64,000 nucleotides of DNA from a virus. Its lineage: Duplodnaviria; Caudoviricetes. Shown in pieces: positions 1 to 10,387 of this stretch (its first letter is position 1; each line of letters begins with the position of its first letter). The stretch covers positions 192,001 to 256,000 of IMG/VR virus record IMGVR_UViG_3300048598_000287; one strand, given 5' to 3'. The position numbers and the translations under genes were made by a program. The notes beneath the pieces are model-generated. The model did not search any database, was not told where the DNA came from, and was given only the letters and a program-made list of their open reading frames with translations.

Positions 1-1
1 C

Positions 2-3000
2 ATATGCCAAAGTAATCGTCCTAACCGTATCGTCTATGGCGACGGCTTCTCCGGTTACCGTAAATGTCATCACATGCTCATTATCACTGGTATTAGCCAT
101 TCCAGTAAGTTCTACTGATATGTCAGTATCTACGTTTGGAATAGATATGACTACCTTGCTATGATTTCCGGCAGAATCAGTAAATTCGAATGATGAATTC
201 CCGAATTTCTTTATCGTTACTGATAATTTTATGAATTTATTTCCGACAAGCTGTATATCGGTAGGAATTTTGCTTCCATTAAGCAAAACGATATCATTAA
301 CATCAGACACATACATATCAAATGGCGTATTATATGACTGAATGAGAGAATTAACATAAATTACAGGCGGCTTCTCATCTATCTGAATATACATACGGTT
401 AGAATAACTTCCGGTATCAATTCCGGTATCTTTTATAGTAATGGATGTAAGCGGATTATACATGTATAATGGCTGTACCCCAGCACCACCTATCTTGCCA
501 TTTATATAAGTGATCTCATCATCAGAAAACTTGACGTAAGTGATCGCCGAAGGATCAAATTCAGTGTCAGAATATCGGGGAACATATGATTTCGTAATCT
601 GTATCCAGTCATAATCCGATCCATCTTCAGATATAACCATATAATAATTTTCAGCATAGTGGATATACGATGGATCATTAGAATCAATGGGAAAATTTGA
701 TCCATGTCCAGCGGCATATATTCCGGTAGATATGAAAGTGACAATGTCTCCGCTAAGAAATTCGCTGCTCACCTTAAATTGAGTCGCCGTTGCCGTATTC
801 CTGACTTCAAGCACTGGTAATTGCTTCTGTAAATCAAAGTCACTCCTGTAATTGAACGTCCAGTTTCCTGATGTATTTTGTAACTGAGCGGTCACACCTG
901 ACGCCGATACTCCATCTTCCCATGTAACAGATCCAAGAACAGCGGTGGCGGTTCCGCTCAATGATCCCATGTTTATTCCCTTTAGAGTCAATGTATCATT
1001 TGGCCCTATATGTTGGAACCTGTCTCCATCATCTCCTATGGTGACATCCGTTAAGATGACCGGCGCGACAACTTCCGAGGCTTTTCCGTCTTCGGTATAT
1101 CTAACATTTAGCAAAGTATTTATGTTATTAGTGTGTCTTAGATCAAATTCAGAACTTTGCGGATAAGGAAACTTATCGGACTCAGAGACGGATACTGTGG
1201 AGCTAGGGGTGGATATAAGCGATGCGTCAATTGATACTTCAACATCGGATACATTATATGTTGATATCATTCTGGACTTATTTCTGATTATTGCCCCGCG
1301 TTCCTCTCGAAAACTTGTTGATGAATATGGACATGTGAAGTATAATTTATTTCCGGAAAGTTCAGAAACTACGGCCTCAGTGGTGTCATATCCAGTAGTA
1401 TTCAGAACTTCTATTATATCGCCAGGGGAAAACATTGGCCAGCTTCTTACGTACATGATTTTTCCGCTAGTCAAAACATCAGTATTTATAGTTGCGGCAA
1501 ACCTAGAATTAGCCAAATCAATGTCGATTGAATCACAGACTACATACATATATGTATTGTCAATCGATACGACCGGAGTTTTCTTCGCAAAAATTCCGGT
1601 TGAAATGACCATATATGGCCATTCTTCATTATTTTCCTTTGTAAGAAAGGTAAGATTAGTTGCAGTAGAAGTATCCGATATAGTGACATACAGAGATCTG
1701 CTAGACTTTCCGGTAATCATGTTAAGTGTGAAGTCCTGGTTTATCTCGAATCTTGAATATGTATTTGTAAATCCTGTAGTATAATTTCCAAAATCGCGTG
1801 TCGATAATGTTCCTACATTAGAATCCTGTAGATTTATCTTAGATGCAAAAGATGAATTGATTGCGTCTTCATTCCATGCATCATCAGATACGGAAAATGC
1901 CCTAAGATTCATGCTTGCATTATTAGCATTCGAACTCTTTCCATATATGCTGAATTCGGACACTATACCGGAATTCACCGCGCTATCATAATTATTAGGA
2001 ACAGGAAAATGAACTATCGGGTATGCCTGCCCTTTTATCGCCGATATAGGTGTAGTATCGCCATAAATGGCAGTATCCGCCGACTGAGTGGAATAATATG
2101 TATCACGGTCAGCATAAAATAATGAGGTCATGTCACAATGGGAAACCGCAGTTGCCGGAGCAGCTATGGAGGAGTCCAGATTATAAGGCACGCTTCCGGA
2201 TGGAAGGCGAGGCGTATATATAAGAGTGCATTCCGTTCCTGCAGGAATTCCTGATGAATCTGAATATATCGCCGATATAGAATTACCGCTTACAGCAGAT
2301 ATTTTAATCATCTTTATATATGAAGAATCGCCGAACTTTACTGATATATTATCGCCTGATTCAAAATTATGCGCTCCGCTGGATGTGGTCAATGTAAGAA
2401 GATTTCCTGAATATGAATATGTAGCGCTTTCTTCATATGGACTTAGCTTCCAGACTTCTAGATAAAGATCATTCCATGTGGAGCTAGTGTATTCTATAGC
2501 CGATGTAATAATTTTAGGATTATGATATGTAGAATATGTGAATGTGGTAGAAGTAGGAACCCCGGTAACATAGAAATCGCCAAGATATCTTTCCCCGGAA
2601 GCCTTTCCAAAAAGCCGGTTGGCAGAAACACTGCTGGAAAATATTGTAGCACACATCCCGACCGAAAGCCCATGAGGAGAAGATGTAGTGACGGTCACCT
2701 CAGACGTATTATTTATATCTGTTGCCAGCGTAGTGGTCTTTATATCTGAAATCTGTATCGATGACACCCGCTTTTCGACAAGAAGATTCATTGGATTTAT
2801 TATCTGTGTATTATATTCGTTATATGAAAATGAAGTAGTCAGATCATATGGGTTAAAATATATATTGTCCGCATTTGATGCGCTTATGAGCTTAAACCAT
2901 GCCTCCGAATTAGATGGCATGTTCCCTACCGTGAGAGAAGAATTTATTCTAAGACTAATTTCAGCATCAAACCGCTTTCCGCGGGTTGATTCTATGATAT

Positions 3001-3298
3001 TTTCATAATCAACAGATAGGTCTATCCTAGGCGGTCTTCCCGGAATTCTCCAGTCATTGTATGATCCATATACAGATAATATTTGAGACCCACTATCTAC
3101 GTTTATTCCAGTATTTGCACTGATGGATGACAGAAGCGCGAACGTTCTGAAAAAATGCCGTATTCTGAGATTTTGTATTACGGTGTCTGCATCGGGATCA
3201 CCGGCATTTGTGAAAAAATCGTATTTTTCTTTATAATACTGGGCATCTCCGCTAGAGAAAACGTCCTTAGAATTTTGCACTTTTAAATTTATTGCCAT
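2..3298 (-). CDS. Large virion structural protein (tail/baseplate-associated); 3' end lies outside the window
   Basis: ATG at 3298 (MAINLKVQNSKD...), with TATAAACTA at 3332-3340 upstream. The frame is open where spot-checked and is missing from the ORF track, consistent with no stop in the window. Ser/Thr-rich, with a VTVTTSSPHGLSVG motif of the type seen in phage tail/baseplate proteins. Confidence 0.65.
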   Translation of the reverse strand, partial: MAINLKVQNSKDVFSSGDAQYYKEKYDFFTNAGDPDADTVIQNLRIRHFFRTFALLSSISANTGINVDSGSQILSVYGSYNDWRIPGRPPRIDLSVDYENIIESTRGKRFDAEISLRINSSLTVGNMPSNSEAWFKLISASNADNIYFNPYDLTTSFSYNEYNTQIINPMNLLVEKRVSSIQISDIKTTTLATDINNTSEVTVTTSSPHGLSVGMCATIFSSSVSANRLFGKASGERYLGDFYVTGVPTSTTFTYSTYHNPKIITSAIEYTSSTWNDLYLEVWKLSPYEESATYSYSGNLLTLTTSSGAHNFESGDNISVKFGDSSYIKMIKISAVSGNSISAIYSDSSGIPAGTECTLIYTPRLPSGSVPYNLDSSIAAPATAVSHCDMTSLFYADRDTYYSTQSADTAIYGDTTPISAIKGQAYPIVHFPVPNNYDSAVNSGIVSEFSIYGKSSNANNASMNLRAFSVSDDAWNEDAINSSFASKINLQDSNVGTLSTRDFGNYTTGFTNTYSRFEINQDFTLNMITGKSSRSLYVTISDTSTATNLTFLTKENNEEWPYMVISTGIFAKKTPVVSIDNTYMYVVCDSIDIDLANSRFAATINTDVLTSGKIMYVRSWPMFSPGDIIEVLNTTGYDTTEAVVSELSGNKLYFTCPYSSTSFREERGAIIRNKSRMISTYNVSDVEVSIDASLISTPSSTVSVSESDKFPYPQSSEFDLRHTNNINTLLNVRYTEDGKASEVVAPVILTDVTIGDDGDRFQHIGPNDTLTLKGINMGSLSGTATAVLGSVTWEDGVSASGVTAQLQNTSGNWTFNYRSDFDLQKQLPVLEVRNTATATQFKVSSEFLSGDIVTFISTGIYAAGHGSNFPIDSNDPSYIHYAENYYMVISEDGSDYDWIQITKSYVPRYSDTEFDPSAITYVKFSDDEITYINGKIGGAGVQPLYMYNPLTSITIKDTGIDTGSYSNRMYIQIDEKPPVIYVNSLIQSYNTPFDMYVSDVNDIVLLNGSKIPTDIQLVGNKFIKLSVTIKKFGNSSFEFTDSAGNHSKVVISIPNVDTDISVELTGMANTSDNEHVMTFTVTGEAVAIDDTVRTITLAY

Positions 3299-3331
3299 AT
3301 TTCACCAATACCGACGTATCCCAATCGGAAA

Positions 3332-3340
3332 TAGTTTATA
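3332..3340 (-). promoter_or_regulatory. Late promoter motif TATAAACTA
   Basis: Exact motif upstream of ATG 3298. Confidence 0.75.
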
Positions 3341-3377
3341 ATGCCGGCGAGAAACCTGGCAGATGAACTTTGGACCG

Positions 3378-4238
3378 TCACCAACACTCGCGATCTGATT
3401 CTAACTGATTTTTACGCAAATGCATAAGAATATGGGATCCTATGGCGGAAGTCATGTCGGTAAGATCATTTTCAATAGAATCCACCGGAAAATATTTAAG
3501 CATTTCTTCTGCAATTGTAAAATATTCGGGACTGTTATTTGTCCATGCAGTATATACGAATCCATCGCTTCCGCTAACGAGGCCTATATTCCGTACGGCA
3601 GGATTACCCCCCACTCCGATAAGATAGATGATCCCGTCAGGATTGTCAGAATATGATATCGTACGTCCTTCAGCGCTATAATTTTTATCTAGTTGAAGTG
3701 CATCCATGGAAGATCCATCCAATGCATATACATCTATTATTCCGCCATTAGGAAGGGTAATCGTCCTGATTGCGGATAGATTAGAATCAACTATCACTGT
3801 GCCAAGCATAGACTTGTCAATCTGAGCATCAGGGGAAACATTACCATTCCTTGCCGGAGAAAGCGCCTCATCTATGTGTTCCATGTCATATGCAGATCCT
3901 AGATTATAGACGTTATCATTATTGTAATTAAATACGTCACTGATGAATGTTCCTCCATCAGGCGATTCTGCAATTGAATCTTTATCTTTTCCATACAGCC
4001 TATAGGCAGTGGAAAAAACAAACGGGATGCCGGCAAAATATGAAAAATAGATGGGTTCAAGAGAATATTCACCAGGACCTCCACGAACTATGAATATCGG
4101 CACTATCTTATTTGCAAATGTTTCATCTGAAATAATGGTATCCAGACATGATGCAAATTCTTCCACCAGGCCATTATGGGCAAAATCGTCTGCATGATTG
4201 GTGAAATCCGATAAATATATATAGAAGTCAGACATCAT
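3378..4238 (-). CDS. Hypothetical protein (286 aa)
   Basis: Long ORF overlapping the stop of the upstream gene; no recognised motif. Confidence 0.7.
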   Translation of the reverse strand: MMSDFYIYLSDFTNHADDFAHNGLVEEFASCLDTIISDETFANKIVPIFIVRGGPGEYSLEPIYFSYFAGIPFVFSTAYRLYGKDKDSIAESPDGGTFISDVFNYNNDNVYNLGSAYDMEHIDEALSPARNGNVSPDAQIDKSMLGTVIVDSNLSAIRTITLPNGGIIDVYALDGSSMDALQLDKNYSAEGRTISYSDNPDGIIYLIGVGGNPAVRNIGLVSGSDGFVYTAWTNNSPEYFTIAEEMLKYFPVDSIENDLTDMTSAIGSHILMHLRKNQLESDRECW

Positions 4239-4576
4239 TGCACAAGCTTCTTCAATGGTTTGATAACGGTATCGATGTAATTTGGCGTAATATTTTTATT
4301 ACCTTCTTTCGAAGAGATAAAATCGTTTACTCCCGTGCGGATAGCCTCCGGAATGTCGCTTTTATTAAATTCAGTAGAAAAATCATTCGTTATCTCAATA
4401 AGCTTTCCCTTCTCGATAACAGCCCCCGCCTTCTTGATATCGTTAGCCGTCGGAAGAAATATATCGTTGAACCGGTCTATGCTAAGACGTATTTCAATCG
4501 TGCATGGAATGACATTTATATATCGTCCTATAGCGATTCTGTCTGTCATTGTAAGTTTCAATTTTCCATCATCCAT
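4235..4576 (-). CDS. Hypothetical protein (113 aa)
   Basis: ATG with AGGAG RBS; an AAAAATGTATTTTAAT motif lies upstream (4623-4638). Confidence 0.7.
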   Translation of the reverse strand: MDDGKLKLTMTDRIAIGRYINVIPCTIEIRLSIDRFNDIFLPTANDIKKAGAVIEKGKLIEITNDFSTEFNKSDIPEAIRTGVNDFISSKEGNKNITPNYIDTVIKPLKKLVQ

Positions 4577-4664
4577 TGTTGTCTCCTTGGTTTAAAACTA
4601 GCGCAATCCATACGCGGTTTAAATTAAAATACATTTTTACTGACAATAGCATCCGCGAATATTA

Positions 4665-4673
4665 TATAAACTA
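4665..4673 (+). promoter_or_regulatory. Late promoter motif TATAAACTA
   Basis: Upstream of the portal operon. Confidence 0.75.
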
Positions 4674-4706
4674 CTATAGAATATAGAAAAATAATTTATT
4701 TCAGCC

Positions 4707-4922
4707 ATGAACGAACATTTGCAGACATATAATGGAATTCCTGTTTTTGACGTTCCGATAGGGGATTTTCTGATGGTGATTGATGCCGAAGCCAATGGAA
4801 AACGGCTTTTGTCAAAAAACTTATCAGATGAATCATTGCGCGCGTTTTATATAGCGGAAAGAAAGCCTGCATTTTATGTGATCTTTGGCGGAGTAAGGGT
4901 AAGATACCCTAAAAAGGAGTGA
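4707..4922 (+). CDS. Small hypothetical late protein
   Basis: Lies between TATAAACTA (4665) and the portal gene. Confidence 0.55.
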   Translation: MNEHLQTYNGIPVFDVPIGDFLMVIDAEANGKRLLSKNLSDESLRAFYIAERKPAFYVIFGGVRVRYPKKE

Positions 4923-6625
4923 CCATGCTTTTTAAATCTAAGAAAAAACCAGAAAACATAGCTTCCCTGGTAATGACTCATGTAAGGGATTATGGAGAAA
5001 ATAATCCCAAGGGAGAACTGTTTGACCGGGCATTTAACGGAGAAGACACCCACCGAAGCATTGTAAATTCCAGAAACTCCGTCGGACAGGGATCCAGTCA
5101 GATGATGTATCCCAACGGTCTTTCTCCCGATGGCTTCTCCACATACATGCCGTCGATGATGATAAATGACGGAACGGTAGATCCATCCAGAGTCCAGGAC
5201 GCCATAGCAGAAAACCAAGTACAGCTATACTGGCGTAATAATGTAGAACGAAAAATGAAGTACAATATCATCGCTACACGATCCGAGGTGAACGAAGCAC
5301 TTACTCAGATATGCAACGAAGCTGTATATACCGATGATCTTGGAGATATATGCTCCCTTGAAATAAATTCCTATGCAAACCTAGGCGAAACTACCAAAAG
5401 TGGGTTGCAGACCGTGTTCAAACGGGATGTATTGAGAAAGATATGCAAATTTCAGCGCACCGCATGGAATTACATGAAAAAAATGCTTACAGAAGGCCGA
5501 CTGTTCCTTGAAGTCATATATGATGAGCAGTCTCATGAGATAACAGGCCTTAATCTTCTGCCGGAAGAGAACATGATCGTAATTGTGCAGGATAACCTAA
5601 TAATAGGCTATAGGCAGATGATAACAGGAAATTATTCACATACCGGAAAGAACTATATAGATTTTTCGCCTAACCAGATTCTTTTCCTTTCTCTTGACTT
5701 ATATGGACCGGGTGGGGTAAATGATCCTAGATCCATACTTGAGCCGGCAGTCAAGGCTCATAATCAGCTTAGCACCATAGAGGATTCCGTGGTTATGTAC
5801 CGCGTGCTATGGGGATCTGAGAAAATGGTACTTAAAGTGGACGTCGGAGGGATGCCCAAGCCTCAGGCAGAAAAGCATATGAAGGATCAGTCCAAGATAT
5901 TCTCTCGGCAGATTGACTATAATACCACCACAGGAGAAATAACTAACTGGGGAAAGGCAATAGGGTTGTCGGAGCACTTTATTATTCCTGTAACTGGAAA
6001 CGGAAGCGGATCTAATATAGAAAGATTGGCTGGCGGAGATCAGCTTGGAAATATAGACGACCTTAAATTTTTCAAGAGAAATCTGGTGAATTCCATGATG
6101 GTTCCTCTTGGAAGGATAACTGCTCTTGCCGGAGATTCAGTAAATTATTCAAACGGAAAGATAGGAGAGGTCACCCAGGCGGAAGCATCGTTTGCACGTC
6201 TAATCCAAAGATATCAGGCTCCGATAGAACAGGCATTGGTAAGACTATTCATCATGGTGCTTAATACAAAGAAGGAATTTTCCGACACATTAAAACTAGA
6301 AGAAAACTTTGACATAAAATTCAAACGCAGCAATGGATTCCAGAGCTATATCGATGCCGATGTATGGACATCTCGCCTAACAGTATTCAGTTCAATGATG
6401 GAATTCTGCGTAAAGGATGATGCCCCGAATAACCCGCTTTCACAGGAATATGCCCTTCGATATGGATTGCGTATATCCGATGCCGATCTTACGCTGAATA
6501 AATCCTGGAAAGAGCATGAACAGAATGTCATGCTAGGAGAAAATTCAGGAAGCGGCAATGCCGGAGGATCTAACGAATTCGGCGGAGGAGATATGGCCCC
6601 TGCGCCTATGAGTGGAACAATTTAA
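4919..6625 (+). CDS. Portal protein, T4 gp20-like (start may be ATG 4925)
   Basis: IEDSVVMYR...KVDVGGMPKPQAEKHMKD, LGNIDDLKFF and EASFARLIQRYQ correspond to conserved gp20 blocks; 568 aa. Confidence 0.92.
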   Translation: MTMLFKSKKKPENIASLVMTHVRDYGENNPKGELFDRAFNGEDTHRSIVNSRNSVGQGSSQMMYPNGLSPDGFSTYMPSMMINDGTVDPSRVQDAIAENQVQLYWRNNVERKMKYNIIATRSEVNEALTQICNEAVYTDDLGDICSLEINSYANLGETTKSGLQTVFKRDVLRKICKFQRTAWNYMKKMLTEGRLFLEVIYDEQSHEITGLNLLPEENMIVIVQDNLIIGYRQMITGNYSHTGKNYIDFSPNQILFLSLDLYGPGGVNDPRSILEPAVKAHNQLSTIEDSVVMYRVLWGSEKMVLKVDVGGMPKPQAEKHMKDQSKIFSRQIDYNTTTGEITNWGKAIGLSEHFIIPVTGNGSGSNIERLAGGDQLGNIDDLKFFKRNLVNSMMVPLGRITALAGDSVNYSNGKIGEVTQAEASFARLIQRYQAPIEQALVRLFIMVLNTKKEFSDTLKLEENFDIKFKRSNGFQSYIDADVWTSRLTVFSSMMEFCVKDDAPNNPLSQEYALRYGLRISDADLTLNKSWKEHEQNVMLGENSGSGNAGGSNEFGGGDMAPAPMSGTI

Positions 6626-6663
6626 CATACTGAAAATTTTCTGAACATCGTTGATTTAATTAG

Positions 6664-6690
6664 AAAAATCCCGCAAAAATGGGATTTTTT
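6664..6690 (+). terminator. Intrinsic terminator after portal
   Basis: aaaaatccc-gcaaaaat-gggatttttt hairpin with T tract. Confidence 0.5.
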
Positions 6691-6790
6691 AATTTCAATG
6701 CAGATTTTTGCCATATTTTTTTGCTGCGTAAATAGCTCAATAAACTTAAAGTAGAAACCAAGAACAGCGCCAGTGTGCGCAAGGTATATT

Positions 6791-8284
6791 ATGCAGCAAT
6801 TCAGACCAAAATGTGCAACGTCAAAGTGGAGACCCATTCTAGAGTCCAACCTTGGCAAGAAGATCACCTCCCGTGCCGATGCAGCAGTGATATCCACTCT
6901 GCTTGAAAACGAGTGCCGCCTCAATAAGGGATTCCTCCCAGAATCAGCGAACATTTCCGCTGATGTGGCGCAGTATCAGCAATATGCGCTTCCCCTCGTG
7001 CGCAGACAGTTTCCTGAACTGCTTGCCATGCAGACGGTGGCCACCATTCCGACAACGACTCCTAACGGAATTTACTTTGCCCTTCGTTTCCTCTATGATG
7101 ACGAAGCCCCGAAGACCGTCGGTTTCCGTAAGGGTCTCAAGAAGGAAATCGGATATGATCTCGTAGCTGATCATACCGGAGTAAAAGGAACGTTCAATCC
7201 CTGGACGACAACCTCTGGAGAAATGCTTTCCAACTATTCCGAAGGAACCTTCGGAGGCGGAACGTTCAATGGCATGTCCAAGAATTCCGCAAATGGTACT
7301 GGCGATGCATATCTAACCAATAACTTCGGCGATCAGTCCGGCGTTGGCGATTATTATGATGCTGAATCAGGCCATTATAATATCAAGAAAGCCTCGATCA
7401 AGGTTGTTTCCGGTTCGATAAGAGTCGGTACAAAGGGCATCAAGTCCCATTACACCCTTGAACTTCAGCAAGACATGGCAGCTGCTCATGGTCAGGACGT
7501 GGAAGCTCTTCTCCTTGAAGGCCTCCAGTTCGAAATCCAGCAGGAAATCGACCGTGAAATTCTTGCCGCTATGGTTTCTGTAGCCCAGAATCCAAAGTTC
7601 GGTGGTGAATCCGCGATTACGGTTGACCTCTCCGCAAAAGCCAATTTCAACGACGGTCGTTGGGCGGCTGAAAAGATTGCCGGCGGTATCGTCAATACCA
7701 TCATCGGCGTGGCCCGCAAGCTTTCTCTGACGACCCGCATGGGCTCAGGAAACTTCGCGATTTGCTCTCCGAGCATCGTCGCTGCAATTTCCACGCTTAA
7801 TAACGGTATCTACATCCCGACTTATCTCGGAACGGATGCAGCTGTACAGCCGGGTGGCGGAGTAAGCGATGCAGGATCTCTTCTTAATGGTCAGATCAAG
7901 CTCTATCAGGATATTTATTCCTGGCAGGACTATGCGCTGGTCGGATTCAAGGGACCACGTCAGGGAGAATCGGGCATCATATTCATGCCGTACATCCCAT
8001 ACATCTTCTGCAAGACCGCAGGTCAGGAAGATGCATCTCCTCGTCTCATCGTGAAGTCCAGATACGCGATCGTCGCTAACCTTCTCGGTTGCGGACTCTT
8101 CTACCGTGTCGTGCGCTTCATCAACAATGACCTCCTCGGTGTCTCCTTCACGGGCGACATTCCTTGGGAATCCAATGAAGGTCCTACGACCGAAGTGACC
8201 CTGGATACTGTCGGCACATCCGATAATGCCGGGCATACACTTGACCGTCCGTTCAATACGGCGGCTCAGGAAGAGGTCTGGTAA
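6791..8284 (+). CDS. Major capsid protein, T4 gp23-like
   Basis: LPLVRRQFPELLA, GIYFALR, TLELQQDMAAAHGQDVE...EIQQEIDREI, GIIFMPYIP and KSRYA motifs; ATG 6791 follows AAGG. Confidence 0.95.
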   Translation: MQQFRPKCATSKWRPILESNLGKKITSRADAAVISTLLENECRLNKGFLPESANISADVAQYQQYALPLVRRQFPELLAMQTVATIPTTTPNGIYFALRFLYDDEAPKTVGFRKGLKKEIGYDLVADHTGVKGTFNPWTTTSGEMLSNYSEGTFGGGTFNGMSKNSANGTGDAYLTNNFGDQSGVGDYYDAESGHYNIKKASIKVVSGSIRVGTKGIKSHYTLELQQDMAAAHGQDVEALLLEGLQFEIQQEIDREILAAMVSVAQNPKFGGESAITVDLSAKANFNDGRWAAEKIAGGIVNTIIGVARKLSLTTRMGSGNFAICSPSIVAAISTLNNGIYIPTYLGTDAAVQPGGGVSDAGSLLNGQIKLYQDIYSWQDYALVGFKGPRQGESGIIFMPYIPYIFCKTAGQEDASPRLIVKSRYAIVANLLGCGLFYRVVRFINNDLLGVSFTGDIPWESNEGPTTEVTLDTVGTSDNAGHTLDRPFNTAAQEEVW

Positions 8285-8306
8285 TCGCAAGGTTGCTGAA
8301 CTTATG

Positions 8307-8336
8307 AAAAGGGTCCCTCGAAAGAGGGCCCTTTTT
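8307..8336 (+). terminator. Intrinsic terminator after major capsid gene
   Basis: aaaagggtccctc-gaaa-gagggcccttttt. Confidence 0.85.
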
Positions 8337-8401
8337 GTATTTTAAATGGCTGAATTCATCTCTCCGGGATAAAGTCCGGAAGTTTTCTTCCGCAAATCTT
8401 A

Positions 8402-8410
8402 TATAAACTA
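8402..8410 (+). promoter_or_regulatory. Late promoter motif TATAAACTA
   Basis: Upstream of the HExxH/Nudix operon. Confidence 0.75.
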
Positions 8411-8432
8411 TATGCGTATTATATTGCATATA

Positions 8433-9719
8433 ATGAAACGAGCACTTGAATTATACGAATCGGTTAAGAGAATGGGCATGAATGAATCCCAGTGCAGGGC
8501 CGTGCTCAAACTATCGGCAGCCATATTCGAAAATGCAAGCGAATTCGAAGATCTAGAATTCGCTGACACAGTAATCAATGCAGTACGTGATTCAGATATA
8601 TATTCTGACATATCCATTGCAATAAGCAGCAAATTTAATGGAAATATCTCAGAAATGCAGGAAGAGTTCGGCTTCCTGTCAAAACGGATTGTCATTTTCA
8701 TTGACGATGGAAAAATTACCGGGTTCCCTGATACGACGCAGAAATATTCATATTCCATCATGGAATATATGTCATCCATAAATAAGGGGAATGCGGTCAA
8801 ACCCGATTTCATGAATCATCAGCACGTCATCTGCATAAATTATAGCATGTATAAGCATGCCAATGCAACAGGAATGTTCTACCCAGGATATGGGAATCTA
8901 GCATATATCGATATATATCTGTTAAAACTAATGAAAAGCCCGTATTTTATTACTTTGCTAAATGAGGCATCTGGGAAATCTCCGTCAGGCAAAATGTACG
9001 ACGCCATGATGCAGCTATTCTCTGACTCCGAAGAAATACTTATACATGAAATAAGCCATTATATAACGGCATATAAAGAAGCCGGAAACACAAAAGGAAC
9101 CCGCCACGATTATAAAAAAATATTGGGAAATCTTGACGAAAAGGAATCGGAACGGTATAAAAAAGGAGACATAAGTCATTTTTATTCCAGTGATTCCGGT
9201 GATGACGAATATTATAAATTGTTATATAACACCGATGATGATGAAATAAACAGCTGTATAAAAGAATGCGCATATTGGTCGATAATTAAAGAAAAAGACA
9301 TAATTAGCAAATCATCGGAATTAAATTCAGACATGTCAGATGAATTCATGAAAAAAACATATGAAACAATATATAAGCGAATGTCAAATGAAATGATATC
9401 ACGGGTAAGCGAAACGCTGGATTTCAAGCGAAACAAATACCCGGTTAACCTTAGAAACAAGATAATGAAACGTATATATTATGTATCAGTGACATTTGCC
9501 GAATATGCAGTACGGTTTCCTGATCAGGCAAAAACGGAATCCCTGGCGGATACTTTGCATGGTATAAGCAAGATGGATTCGGCAGGATTTGATTTCGCCA
9601 TGAAAATAAATCCCGACTCGCCTTATGCAGAAGATATAAATAACGATGCCATGAATATAAGGAAAAAATCACATGGAATGAAAGGATTTTTTGCCAAGCT
9701 GTTTGGAAAAGAGGAATGA
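8433..9719 (+). CDS. Late protein with HExxH motif (possible zinc metallopeptidase) and shared N-terminal leader
   Basis: LIHEISHYI motif with a downstream DEINS. Promoter at 8402-8410 makes ATG 8433 more plausible than 8412. Confidence 0.6.
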   Translation: MKRALELYESVKRMGMNESQCRAVLKLSAAIFENASEFEDLEFADTVINAVRDSDIYSDISIAISSKFNGNISEMQEEFGFLSKRIVIFIDDGKITGFPDTTQKYSYSIMEYMSSINKGNAVKPDFMNHQHVICINYSMYKHANATGMFYPGYGNLAYIDIYLLKLMKSPYFITLLNEASGKSPSGKMYDAMMQLFSDSEEILIHEISHYITAYKEAGNTKGTRHDYKKILGNLDEKESERYKKGDISHFYSSDSGDDEYYKLLYNTDDDEINSCIKECAYWSIIKEKDIISKSSELNSDMSDEFMKKTYETIYKRMSNEMISRVSETLDFKRNKYPVNLRNKIMKRIYYVSVTFAEYAVRFPDQAKTESLADTLHGISKMDSAGFDFAMKINPDSPYAEDINNDAMNIRKKSHGMKGFFAKLFGKEE

Positions 9720-10297
9720 TGAAAAAGACATATGCAATATTTACAGAATCCGTCATTAAAATCGGATTACCCTATGTTCAGGAAACCGCGATCATTGCGC
9801 TTGGAAATACATTATTGGAATTTGTTGATCCAAGAAATGATGTTGATCATCCGTCATGTTCCTCCGGTCTTCTTATAACAGATGGAAAGGTATTCCTTGC
9901 GGAACTTCCATATGGAAATATGAAAGGGAAATCTAAACAATATGATCTACCTAAAGGTCATGTGGAAAACGATGGAGAAACCGTAAAGGATGCGGCATTC
10001 CGGGAAGCCCTGGAAGAAACAGGATATAACTGGCAGAAGTATTATGAAAATGCTCATGGAGTATTCCGTAAGCCAGTTCCTTTTCGCAAAGGAAATAATC
10101 TGATGCTATATCGCATTAATCTAGAAGAAATGCCGCCACTTGATTCATATGCATGCAAAAGTTACTTTCACGATGAAAAAAAGAACGCGGCAATGCCTGA
10201 AGCTTGCGCATATGAATATCTACCGCTTAAAGAAATAGGAAAATGGCTATGGCCAGAATTTGACAAGACATTCAAACGGGAAGGAATACGGTTTTAA
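9716..10297 (+). CDS. Nudix hydrolase with N-terminal leader
   Basis: Nudix box PKGHVENDGETVKDAAFREALEETG. Confidence 0.85.
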   Translation: MMKKTYAIFTESVIKIGLPYVQETAIIALGNTLLEFVDPRNDVDHPSCSSGLLITDGKVFLAELPYGNMKGKSKQYDLPKGHVENDGETVKDAAFREALEETGYNWQKYYENAHGVFRKPVPFRKGNNLMLYRINLEEMPPLDSYACKSYFHDEKKNAAMPEACAYEYLPLKEIGKWLWPEFDKTFKREGIRF

Positions 10298-10387
10298 AAG
10301 TAAAACTCATATTAAAATGTTTCACGTGAAACATTTTAATATGATGTGCGAAAACCCACCCCGATCTTTAGGAACGGGGTTGCTAGT

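Noticed and set aside
502-3008. Several short ORFs in the track (e.g. 1197-1784)
   Set aside because: They overlap the long minus-strand gene starting at 3298, which has a late promoter.
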